A stretch of DNA of 64,000 nt from Selaginella moellendorffii (Eukaryota > Plantae > Lycopodiophyta), in assembly GCF_000143415.4 (NCBI RefSeq), contig NW_003314335.1, forward strand, positions 526,113-590,112, given 5' to 3'. Below the pieces are notes generated by a model. It was not told the DNA's origin. It saw only the letters and a program-made list of their open reading frames with translations, and did not search any database. The position numbers and the translations under genes were made by a program. Of the stretch, positions 50,967 through 63,116 are shown piece by piece. Within the stretch, counting starts at the first letter, position 1. Every line of letters begins with the position of its first letter.

Positions 50967-51859
50967 CAATTCAGTAGCTTGATAAACAAGCAAATACAGA
51001 ACTTGATGCAAAATCCTTTGATATGTCACAATGCCCCTAGGACCATAAACACATTTCAATAGAGAGGGTCCTTTCATTTCATAACTCCTTACGTAGATCT
51101 TGGTGAAACCAGAGTTAGTGAAGTTGGTTTCTTGTGATCCCACATCTGATTGTGATGTCCCTTTGCAGTGTCGATGGAAAGGTCAATGCACACCAAACTG
51201 TAGAATCTTGGAGCAAAATAACGGTCGGATCTATGGCAAATGCCCCTGAAACATTGTAAGGCTCGTGTGGTCTCATGTGGTGTCCGATCGAGATGCTTCT
51301 TTGCAGGGTCATCAAGGAGGACATTGTATACCATTCTGTAAAATCTAGTTGCGATCTAACGGTTGGATCTCCAGGAAACTCAAAACAATCTCGCGCGTGT
51401 CAGAATATTCTGGGAATATACTCCTATGTGCTCCTGAAAATGGCATGCGGCCCCACGCCATTCAAGAGATAACGCCAGATGACGCCGAGCATTTTTTGGT
51501 GCATTTTTTGGGATCAAAATTGCATGAGCCCACATGCTTGAACGTCATCCTCTGACAATTTATTTAGCTGAACATCTGGCATTTTTGGAAATACAAGATG
51601 CTTTGGAATATCCAATCATGCATGGTATAAATATAGCGAGGGTATTAAATGATATCCCAATCATGATCTTTCTTTTGGATTTCGCGTGCATGCAGTCCGA
51701 GGAATGATGACGTTGCGGATTTCTTTTGGATTTCACGCATGCGCGCGCCGATCCAGAAATTAATGGTGGCGCCCAAGTCCGAGAAATGATGACATGGCGG
51801 GATTACCAACCGTTGTGACATTTTGCGCGTGTGAGGTTAGGTTTTGCATTTTGCTTCGT

Positions 51860-52025
51860 ACTCGCGCTCGCACACTCGCGCTCGCATCGCGCTCCCACTC
51901 GCACTCGCATCGCGCTCCCACTCGCGCTCCCACTTCTCTATAGGTTTCTCGTGTGCATCGGCGTCCACTCGCGCTTGCATCACACTCGTGCTCGCATCGC
52001 GCTCGTATGCATCGGCGTCCACTTC
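51860..52025 (+). repeat. CG-rich CTCGCG/CTCGCA/CTCCCA micro-repeat upstream of ORF2
   Basis: Hexamer-based array plus duplicated TGCATCGGCGTCCACT. Confidence 0.7.
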
Positions 52026-52224
52026 AAGACACACCCAGTTTGTAACTTCGCCGCCAACTCCGCCGCCCACTCTGCCACCCACACACAGCCCACTTGGCGT
52101 CCCGGGAGATTTCAGCGCCACTCTCCAACTGTAAGTGGCAGAGTAGCCTTGCTGCTACGATCCGCTGCACACACAGTGCACATTCGCCAGCGAGTCCGGT
52201 TGTCACGCCTCCATTCGGCTTCAA

Positions 52225-54526
52225 ATGGTAAGTCTTTTAGGCCAAGTAGAAAATGGCATGAGGCCACATGCCATTCAGTAGCAACATTGGCATGCACCGA
52301 TTGGGCTCTCGAGTGCAGTCTGGTTACAGATGGCGTGTAGCCTCACGCCATCTTAGGATGCAGCCTCAAGACATCTGATGCAGTGGTGAATGGCGTGTGG
52401 CCTCACGTTATTCACGTTAGCTTTTCATCTGTCAGCTCTAATTGTTGTGCATTTCTGAACAGGCGAGGAATTGCGTTCTTCTTCCAGCCACTCTCAATGT
52501 GGATGCAGAGAAGGGGGAGGAGCTCACCAGTTGGACTTTCGGGATGGAAGGCGAGGATCTGAGGCTGTACAACACAGATGGTGGGAGAAAAGAATGCATG
52601 GGGATCCTCATCCAAGTGACAGACACTCCATGCAGTTCCATGCAAGAATATGGACTGGCACTTGTGGTAGAGACAGCGTCTGCCTTCAAGATCCACCTTG
52701 CACATCCTAGCGGCTTCCCGGAGGGGGGCAGCGGCTATGAGGAATTCCTAGAGGGAGCTAGGGAGAGGTTATTCAGGAGGCCCACAATTTCAAAGACGCT
52801 GCGGGTCTATGAAGATCACATGGAATCCATGGACCTCACCTACGGCGATGTTCAAAAACTATATTCCAACATTGAGCCGTTGAGAGTGACTCCAGTTTGC
52901 GAAGCAAAGGGGAAGGGGGTCGATCTGGAAACTACCTCGAAGCAGAAAAGGGTGGTCAAGCTCAAGCCGACGTCCAACTCTCCTGCTCCAAAAAAGAAGC
53001 TACTCAGTGATGCCATTGCCTCGGGTTCGAACACTACACCCACCAAAAAGAAGAGCCGCAAAGAGCAGAAAGAGCAAGAAGAGGCAACAAAAATCGTCGC
53101 AGATAATAGTACTTGTTACTATTCCAACAAAGTATATACAATCGACGTGAGCCGTATCGACATCCAAAGCAAATACAACCACAGGCTAGTATCTGATGAG
53201 TGGGTGGAGAAACTGAAGCAGAAGATGCTGGCAAGTCCAGTAACACCCGACATCGCAGACGTGATCCCTTACTACCGAACAATGAAGGGCGAGACGAGGT
53301 TTCCAGACTTGATCAATAGGAAGGTGTTGGACGATCAGAACATCTGGTTCTATGCCGTCTCCGGGCAGCATTCTAGCTTGGCGATGCAAGAGATAGTTGT
53401 GGATATTATGGTGGGCGAGGAGGTGAAGAAAGTCTTCAAGACAAGAGTTGTCCGCCTGATAAAAGGCAACTCGCCCCTCCGATCTATCATATACATCTCC
53501 CACGCGTAGAATGTCAAGCAAGAAACGTGCTACAAATCGGGTCTGCACGAGACATTGGCACGAACACGGAAGCTCTGGGTTCAACTGAAGAAGCCACAAA
53601 AACCAGGACAAGGACGTGCACTAGCAACTAGCGCCTAGCAGGTAAGCCTCGTTGCATGTGGCATAGCATGTGGCCTCACGCCATTTCCATTGCAGGAATT
53701 CTCGAGTCTTCTCTCGAAAACACTGGGGGTCAATGACACACTCATCATCCATAACATTCTACTCGCGACAAAAGTTGTTTTTGACAAATGGGTAGATGTG
53801 CTGAGGAGGTACCATGACGGGGAGTTGCCAAACTCAATGGGTGTGGAGGACGGCCGGAAACCCAATGATTTGAAGCTCAACGCCTTGCGTTTCTCGCGGT
53901 CTCTAGACGACGACGACCTTCTGACAGTTGCTAATGCTCTTCTACGTGGTGAGGTAGTCTTCAACAAGACCAAAATGACTCCCGGCCATATTGTGACATA
54001 CGAGGACTTGTGCACGACTCTGAGAGCTCGTGCGCTATTGAAGGATTGGATCTTCGAGCAAGTGGCCGTGGAGAGGGTGAGCATCGACACCATGCAAGAG
54101 ATGATGGAAGCGCTGGAGTTGTCAAATGAAGACATCGACGAGTACGTGAAGGGGGCCCCCAAGTTCATCGATCTACTGCGGGATGCCACGAAAAGTAAAG
54201 CTGAGAAGTTGGATTAGTATCCAAATTTCATTAAGATTGATGTCGACCGTCGGCTTCAGAAACAGCTCGACCCCGCAGTAGAGGCCTATCGAGAACCTTA
54301 CCGGGTATACTTGAATTCGGATGAGGATCAAAGGTGGAGGAGCATCGTTTCCCGCGGAGATGAGCAGGTCAAGAACATCTTTTGTGTGATGGACTTCACA
54401 AACGAGGAGATCACTCATGCAGACGAAGTCAGCTCCATCATTGACTTAATGGTGGGACTTGCGGAGGTGGAATCTTCAGTCCACTATATGATCTACGACT
54501 CCGAATCCTATCACAAGTTCTGGAAG
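52225..54526 (+). pseudogene. Transposon second gene (ORF2) with a ParB/Srx-like domain; in-frame TAG stops; truncated by an LTR insertion
   Basis: ATG-only exon 52225-52227, intron 52228-52462, exon to 53641, intron 53642-53695, continuous frame to 54526; TAG at 53507, 53636 and 54215; motif IDVSRID...NHRLVSDEWVEKLKQKM...FYAVSGQHSSLA. Confidence 0.7.
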
Positions 54527-57500
54527 TGTCGCGAATGTGACTTCGGGTATCGAAAGTTACCTGTCGACCAGTCCTTACGGACACTCTTTCCTTACTGCCA
54601 CGATGGCAGGAGGTCGGTATTGCTGGACCCTTTATCAGCCCCTCTTGTTCAAGTGTTAGTAAACTGGACTTTGCATCTGTACTTGGCCGGATGAGCATAA
54701 GGACGGAATTCCTAAGTGTCTATTCAGCCAAGCATACTTGGCCTGGCTTTTTAGTTCTCTTTTGCTCTGTCTTGCACTGGCTTGACAAGAACCCTCGCGT
54801 ATTGAGATTGGTCCCTCAATATCGCTACATGATAGCTTACCATGTCTGCCAAACACCCTCGCTATCATGCCCTTTGTGTTAGTCTCAATTCGGTCCCAAA
54901 TGCTATTTATGGAAAGTGTCCAGATTTGCTCATTTGGCATATCTACGGAATGTAGAGGTCGGCCTGAACACAATGGTGTTCGTCCCGTGTCCAAATTCGC
55001 ATTCTAAGGACATTCCATATTTAGTAAGTTTTAAGCTTGTCCCAGAGACTAACTCCTGATACTAAGGGAGGCTTGGGGTGAAAGCCCAAAGCGTGTGTTC
55101 CTCAAGGGGGGGGGGCTATGGGGGGTTCCAAATGTATAGTAGGGATAGTGGGTAGGTCGGGCATGGCCGACCAACCTGAGGCATAGTCTAGCTCCCGCTT
55201 GCGTGCCTGTCCTTGTTCTGCGTCCGGCTTGGGTCTAAGCCCAAGTTCCATTCCATGCTAGTTGGTGGAGTACCCATATCCTCGCGTTAGGCCACCGGTA
55301 TGCCGAAATAGCGCCAGACTCCGTTTGGCTCCGTTTTGCGTGCTGGTCCTGGCATTGGGATGCTGGTTGCTCTAGGACTGTTCCAAGTCGCTCCGGGCCC
55401 CTGTCCCTTCGCTCCTTGGGCTGTATGCTCGGGAGTTGCTCCGTGGTTCGGTTCCATCACTCCTTGGCTCCATGCTTGGGAGTTTGGCACCGTTCCTTCG
55501 TTCAGTGGCCCAAGGCCCTGAACCTCGGGTTCCTATGGACACGTGGCATGGACACGTGGCATGTGACACGTGGCATCTGTCACGTGGCACAAAGAGGGTT
55601 TAGGTTCCGCTTCGTGGTGGTATCCTATGGTAAATCGCCATAGGATAAAGGGTCAAAACCACGTGCGCTACATTTGGTATCAGAGGATGAGTCTCGGCGA
55701 GAACTATCCAATGAGATTGGGCAACTAGTCTCGTTGCATACGCAGAGATGAAAACGATGATCCGAGTGGGTACACGTTTGGGTGCAATGACTTCGCAATC
55801 GTTCCTTGGGTATGGTTTTGGTTACCGTTTTGTACCGTATTATATGAGCTTGCTCTTGGGCTCATAGGAAGGATTGAGTTGTTCCAGTAGCACGAGTTTG
55901 CGCTTGGGCTCGTGAGTGAGGCGCATTAGCAACTCGAGGTTACACTTTGAGTTGGCAGGATTAATGTTAACCTATCGGTGGTTCCATGAGTTGTTCCATG
56001 TACCATGGGTGAAAGCAAACCTCCCTGGGTTTGCTATGAGTGGCAAATAGGCTAGTCCGTAGCTGTTTAGCACGGCACTAGTGGATCCTTCCTAGGCATG
56101 ATTATAATTGGATCAGTCAAGACTGTAGGGAATAGTCTATTGGTTCAAGTAATCATTGCCGTGCTCTCTCATAAACTTTTCTTGGATTGAATTGAAGGCA
56201 GTGCGAAAGCAAGCTTGAGGTTTGGTCAAAGATGAGACCGAAAAGAGAGTCATCGAGGACGGAGGATCAAATACGTAAATCATTTTCTCTTCTTGGAGAG
56301 ATGATTTGCAACGAGGTGTGACTCATTGCTCGTGTTCACATTATGCAATCAAGAGTCCCTACCTTGATGCATGTTGGAGATGGTGGTCTTACAAGTGGTG
56401 AGTTATGGGATGGATAGTGGTGAAACACTAAACCATTTTGTCTAGGCTCGCTATTGGAAGACTTGGGTTGCAATGCTCAATTCTTTTCCGGGGAACCTTG
56501 TTATTGCTCCTTGAGTAGCTTGGTGTTGGAATAGTTTTGAGATTGGTCAGAAAGAGAGTGGCATAAGCTTGTCTGTGTTGTGAACAAAAGTTAGTGGTGT
56601 TGGGTGTCGTAAATCTCTATTGGTGGAGTGTGGCATTTATGTTGCATTTTGTCGAATCGAGTTGGCATTTGATACTCACATAAACATTTGAAGTAATGAC
56701 ATAAGCCTTGCTCATTGCATTACTCAATTGATGATCAAGTCATTGTGATTTATATCATATCCATGTGATAATGAGCAATGTGTTTACGAAGTTGCTTGGG
56801 TAAATGATGATCAACCCCAAAGTGGTTGATGGAGAAGCTAGTCTACTTGCACGAAGTAGCATTGTAGTAGCTTTGACTGGATTCTCAATGGTGGTCCAAT
56901 ATGCTAAGCTTATGTTAGTACCTTGTTTCCTTGAGGGTTTGCCCATAAGGTGTTGGGAATGGGTTGTAGCATTCATTTGCTATAGCTCATCTGTTGATCC
57001 GTTAGCACTTGGAGTAGATTGTTGGATGGAGAAGATGTGTAGTTGGGGCATTGACATCACTAGCACTTGTGTTAGTGGAAGTGGCATTGTTGATTCGAGT
57101 GATGAGGAATTTTCCATAGAGCTTGATTTTCCATGTCATTTTTCTTGTTAGTGTTTTGGCTTCACATTGGATCTTGAAGGTGATTGAAGAAGAGTGTTAG
57201 TGCAATATGGATATCCGAAGATGTGGTCTTCGTGATCAAGCCTTGGATGTTCATTTTGCACTTTGCGGATGTCAGTGTTGGATGTCGGTTATATGGGCAA
57301 AGATGTTCGATGCTTAAGCATGTTGTTCGATCATGAGAATTTGTGTTGAGGTGAGCCTATGTGAAGTTGTTGGTAGGAGGAAGTTGGTGAAGTCTTGAAA
57401 GTTTGCAATCCTGGACTGAGAGTCATTCCTTATCTAGGATGGGAAATTTTCCACAAATTTTCTTAGACTTTTCCAATGGCTGATCTATTGATTATTTTGT

Positions 57501-60500
57501 CCGAAAACCATTCCATTTTCGAAAGCCAGTACAAACTAGTGAAGGGGTTGGAGTTGACTTCGGTTGGCTTAGATCTTAGTAAGTAGTTTGTATGATGCAG
57601 CCCGAAAGGGATGCTGACTTTTGAGGCTAAGGCAATTAAGTTGGATAGAGTCTAGAGTTGGTATAGAAAAGTGGCTGTTGCGCTTTTCTCAGAAGGGTGA
57701 CCTTTGTGCCTTTCTTTTGTAGCGTTGTGCTTGGTGGCAGGTTGCACCTTGCATTACGTTAGACTCTACGAGAGTAGTGAGCTCTCACTGATCTTGACTT
57801 GGTCTTGGTGGCCCTGCGCCTTGGCTGAGGATGGTGATGTCCAACTTAGTTGTTTGAGGTTGAGATGTTGGTACCCGTACTATAGCTTTGTCTATGAGGA
57901 GGTTGTGTACCAATATGAGTCCATCTCATGGTCTTCACTTTAGTTTCGACTAAGTGTTGATCATGCATAGCTAGCCTCTTCAAGGCATGCTCAGAGCTAT
58001 TGACTAGGTGTGTTGGTGAGCTTATCGCAGTTGAGTTGGATTTGAGTGGTCATTTAGTTTGTGCTTATTTATGAACTTTTATCTCATACCTGGGGTATTA
58101 TGTTTATGTTGGATAAGTATGTGACTTGATGACAAGAGTTGGTGTTTGGGTCTTGTGAACGCAAGTTGAGGAGTGATTGTTAGTTGCTTTGTGACTAGTG
58201 ATTACTTGTAGACTTCATCAAGGACAATTGACACTTGCTTTGCTCGATGATGATTTAGCAGTGATGGGCTTGCTTTACCGGATGGTGTTGCGGAGGATCG
58301 TGTCGTTAGACTTGCATAGTTTTCCTATGTTAGTATATCGATTCTATCTCTGTCGATATCATTTGGTTATGTTTAGTCCGTGGTGTTGGATTTCATTGAG
58401 TCTTGGATGTGGTGATTCACTCCTTGATGATGTGTTATCTGTCACTGAGTTTTGCTGAAGGATTGGTCTCGGATACTAAGTATAGTATCTTCGACTTTGG
58501 TTAGCTTGGTTGCTGGAAAGCTCCGAGTGGTGATTCACTCTTGCTTTCTTCTAGCTTTGTCCTGATGTTGATGGCATTGAAGTGATGCTTTGTCATTGAC
58601 ATTGTTGATATTGAGATCTGAGTGAAATGAGATATCCTTCCAAGGATTGATATTGAGTTTCATTAGTCTTGATGAATATAGTGTTGATGATTTGGCTATA
58701 GCTTTGTGTTGTTGGCATTCGTGCATTGCTAGTTAGCAACTGTGTTGACGTTCAAACGAACTGAGTGGCAAGTTGAGTTAGTTGTGTTCTAGACGAGATT
58801 ATTTAGTAGAGGGTTGAGCTTTAGCTTTTCCTTGAAAAGTGATTTAGTCGTGGACTATGCTAACTCTACGAGAAGAAGAGTTAGTGATCGATATTAGAAT
58901 GTTGAGTCCTTGCTGGATTTGAGTTCGGAATATAGCAATCATTAATGATTCTTTTTGAGCTTGTTATGAAGTGAGTTACGTCTTGCTATAGATGGATTCA
59001 TGGAGGATCGTTTGATGATCACTTGTTAAGCATAGCTTCGTTAAGCTTAGCTTTTGGATTGATGCAGAAATGCTCTTCATTAGCTTTGGCATTATGAAGT
59101 TTGGCTTATGGATGTGTTGAGGAAGATATTGTGGGTTGCACCATGATTTCTTCTTTAGCATTGAAGTTAGCTTCTATGAGACTCGTGATCATTATTAGGC
59201 AAGACTTAGTTATAGGCTTCTTCGAGCTTTTGGTTCTTGAGTTTTGTGCTCATTGTTCCATTTGTTAGAAGTTGTTGGGGAAGGCATTTTGGCTCATTAG
59301 CTTCGATGTTGAAGTTGGTTTTTGCATCTGGCAATCATTGGTGATGATTGACTATCATCTAGGGTAGTTGATTGTCCTTATCACAAGTTTTGCTTGATTA
59401 TTGTTGGTTTGGAATTATTTGCTATTCTTCGGGATGGTAGATTCTTTCTTCAACGATGATTATACATCACTACATTGATGGGCTGATTGACGATCTTTCA
59501 TGATAGTTAGTTGTTCTCTTTGATGGCTTTTGGCTTTTCGCAATACCACATGTTCTTTGTGGTTTGCTCTGGATTGGTCTCTTGGGTTTGAGACATCAGT
59601 AGGATGTTGCTGACACTTGCTTAGGCAACTTGAGTTCCTTGGTATTGTTGGCTGGGATCTATTCAGGTTGGCTTTTGTGATAGTTAGCAGGCATGAGTGT
59701 TTGTTGGTCTTCCCACATTCATTCTCTTCTGTTGATTATTGCTCGAGTTAGTTTTGATAGATTTGGATGTTATTTCCTTTGGGTGATACATTCGCGAGCA
59801 TTGTGCTTGTTAGTCAATGATACTTTGTGTTCTTTGAGTTCTCTCTAGTAAGTTGTTGGCTTACTGTCTGCTATCTTCGGTAGTTAAGTTTTATCATTGC
59901 GTTTACTTGATGATATACTTGCTATTGAATTTTGTTGGATGGTGCATCCTATGTTTTCCAATGATAGTGATCTTGGTGGTTCCTATACTGTAATACTAGT
60001 TTATCGGATGATAACTTACTTGGAATACTTTTGTGTTCTAATCTAAGCTTTATTCCCTGATAATTAAATCTCTAAAATATCATTATCTATGACTTTGATA
60101 TTGTCCATCTATTGATCTTTGAGTTTGGGCCAGTAATGGGCAGACTGGCTTCGGCACTTCGTGTGCATGGTGAAATCTCTAGTCATGGGGTAGCTACTGT
60201 CGACTGGTCACATAACCCGCCTCTTTATCGATGTTCCTTATTCCGTTGAAAGGGCGTGACCGTGTAAACAACTCTAACTGCCTGTTTACAGTAGTCTATC
60301 TAAACCTTACCGACGGGTTTAGTTTCTTTGCTTAGGAGGGTAGGGGCCTCTGGCTTCTCTCTCTATGTTCCTGCGGGCAGGGCATATCACACTTTTGTAA
60401 GCTGGGTGACTCCCAGAGCAGCAGGGGTGGCTGACTCCGTTGGTCATTTCCTTGTCGGCGACGGCCGGAAGGTGTCTGAGCTGGTAGCGCATCCGCGTTA

Positions 60501-62295
60501 GACAAAGAGGTTACCCCCTAACTCATTTAAGTCGGTGCATTTCTCACATAGTGTGAGTACCGTGAACTTTTTATGGAGTTGTTTCCTTGGCGGTATTCTA
60601 GACTCGAGTATGCATCGACGAGGATGTCGATCTTCCCCAAGGGGGGGAGAGTGTCGCGAATGTGACTTCGGGTATCGAAAGTTACCTGTCGACCAGTCCT
60701 TACGGACACTCTTTCCTTACTGCCACGATGGCAGGAGGTCGGTATTGCTGGACCCTTTATCAGCCCCTCTTGTTCAAGTGTTAGTAAACTGGACTTTGCA
60801 TCTGTACTTGGCCGGATGAGCATAAGGACGGAATTCCTAAGTGTCTATTCAGCCAAGCATACTTGGCCTGGCTTTTTAGTTCTCTTTTGCTCTGTCTTGC
60901 ACTGGCTTGACAAGAACCCTCGCGTATTGAGATTGGTCCCTCAATATCGCTACATGATAGCTTACCGTGTCTGCCAAACACCCTCGCTATCATGCCCTTT
61001 GTGTTAGTCTCAATTCGGTCCCAAATGCTATTTATGGAAAGTGTCCAGATTTGCTCATTTGGCATATCTACGGAATGTAGAGGTCGGCCTGAACACAATG
61101 GTGTTCGTCCCGTGTCCAAATTCGCATTCTAAGGACATTCCATATTTAGTAAGTTTTAAGCTTGTCCCAGAGACTAACTCCTGATACTAAGGGAGGCTTG
61201 GGGTGAAAGCCCAAAGCGTGTGTTCCTCAAGGGGGGGGGGCTATGGGGGGTTCCAAATGTATAGTAGGGATAGTGGGTAGGTCGGGCATGGCCGACCAAC
61301 CTGAGGCATAGTCTAGCTCCCGCTTGCGTGCCTGTCCTTGTTCTGCGTCCGGCTTGAGTCTAAGCCCAAGTTCCATTCCATGCTAGTTGGTGGAGTACCC
61401 ATATCCTCGCGTTAGGCCACCGGTATGCCGAAATAGCGCCAGACTCCGTTTGGCTCCGTTTTGCGTGCTGGTCCTGGCATTGGGATGCTGGTTGCTCTAG
61501 GACTGTTCCAAGTCGCTCCGGGCCCCTGTCCCTTCGCTCCTTGGGCTGTATGCTCGGGAGTTGCTCCGTGGTTCGGTTCCATCACTCCTTGGCTCCATGC
61601 TTGGGAGTTTGGCACCGTTCCTTCGTTCAGTGGCCCAAGGCCCTGAACCTCGGGTTCCTATGGACACGTGGCATGGACACGTGGCATGTGACATGTGGCA
61701 TCTGTCACGTGGCACAAAGAGGGTTTAGGTTCCGCTTCGTGGTGGTATCCTATGGTAAATCGCCATAGGATAAAGGGTCAAAACCACGTGCGCTACATTT
61801 GGTATCAGAGGATGAGTCTCGGCGAGAACTATCCAATGAGATTGGGCAACTAGTCTCGTTGCATACGCAGAGATGAAAACGATGATCCGAGTGGGTACAC
61901 GTTTGGGTGCAATGACTTCGCAATCGTTCCTTGGGTATGGTTTTGGTTACCGTTTTGTACCGTATTATATGAGCTTGCTCTTGGGCTCATAGGAAGGATT
62001 GAGTTGTTCCAGTAGCACGAGTTTGCGCTTGGGCTCGTGAGTGAGGCGCATTAGCAACTCGAGGTTACACTTTGAGTTGGCAGGATTAATGTTAACCTAT
62101 CGGTGGTTCCATGAGTTGTTCCATGTACCATGGGTGAAAGCAAACCTCCCTGGGTTTGCTATGAGTGGCAAATAGGCTAGTCCGTAGCTGTTTAGCACGG
62201 CACTAGTGGATCCTTCCTAGGCATGATTATAATTGGATCAGTCAAGACTGTAGGGAATAGTCTATTGGTTCAAGTAATCATTGCCGTGCTCTCTC
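54527..62295 (+). mobile_element. Family C copy C2, tandem LTR-internal-LTR-internal(truncated), young and non-coding
   Basis: LTRs 54527-55672 and 60652-61797 (both 1146 bp; only ~3 differences noticed); PBS TTTGGTATCAGAG after both; PPT AAGGGGGGGAGAG at 60639-60651; 61798-62295 repeats 55673-56170; left target GGAAG. Confidence 0.9.
55075..55150 (+). promoter_or_regulatory. Putative LTR core promoter (site II AAAGCCCA, G-tracts, TATA-like TATAGTAG); representative copy
   Basis: GGGGTGAAAGCCCAAAGCG...G-runs...CCAAAWGTATARTAGGG occurs in A, B and C LTRs (deleted in the B 3' LTR). Confidence 0.6.
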
Positions 62296-63116
62296 CCTTT
62301 ATGATTTCCCTTTAGGTGTCCTTCCCACTTCACCTTGACCAAGCCACACCATTATCAATAGTTCAAATTAACACTTTGAAATGGGAATTATATTCTTTAA
62401 CCCAAACAAAGACCTTGTCTTTGTTTAGCCACAAGATCACCTGGTGATCTCATTTTGACCCTTTAACAGGTCTACCAATAGGAATTAGGTCTTCCAGACC
62501 CTTTTAAATTGTTGACTATGACCCAGGGGCATCCCCCACACTTGGCGGTGCGCCCAAGCCAGCCCTTCCGGCCAAGGATCCATAGCAACTGAGACTGCGT
62601 GTCCCTATCTCATTCACCACGTCCTTGGTGCTCTTTGCACCAAAGTGTTCAAGTTAGATATGCTGAGCTTTCACTCTAAGCAATTTAACCGTGCATCACA
62701 ACTCCGAGGCATCCCTCATTTGGCGATGTGCCCAAACCAGTTTCCTCACTGAGAGTCTATGACCATCGAAATATGAGTGTCCTCATATTCCAAACCATCA
62801 CCACGCCCTAGTGATTTGGGACTTAAACCCAAGCACTAGAGGGTCTGGACTCAAACCCAACCTCCGTATATGCATCTACGGATGGCATCGAACAGGATGC
62901 TTGGCGTGACTCCCTATGCCGGTGCACAAACTTATACTTAAAGCGCGCTATAGATCACAACTTAGGAACCTAGTTCCTCCGCACTGCCAAGTCCTCTCAC
63001 TTGACAAGTCTATGATCATGCATGGACTCCTCCATGCTCGGCCCCATGGGCCACCCCTTTGAAGTTAGCACCTTCAACTAGGGGATTTGTTCCCCTAACT
63101 TGCTAATCTCACTTAG
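62296..63116 (-). mobile_element. Inverted continuation of the A5 internal region
   Basis: Reverse complement starts CTAAGTGAGATTAGC..., the family-A sequence expected after 45890 (compare ~25837 onward). Confidence 0.85.

Larger units (their letters stand above)
45891..54526. mobile_element. Sola-like cut-and-paste DNA transposon, left part
   Basis: Terminus AAGCTCTATTTCGTTAAAGTGGGA (45891-45914) is identical to 63117-63140; 4-bp TSD CTAA (45887-45890; inverted copy TTAG at 63113-63116); two divergent genes. Confidence 0.8.

Noticed and set aside
47828-53684. CRISPR-like array from the 22-bp palindromes
   Set aside because: Irregular spacing from 57 bp to ~1.8 kb, no cas genes, eukaryotic context
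53507-54217. Programmed TAG readthrough or recoding in ORF2
   Set aside because: No shared downstream context among the stops; deamination is sufficient
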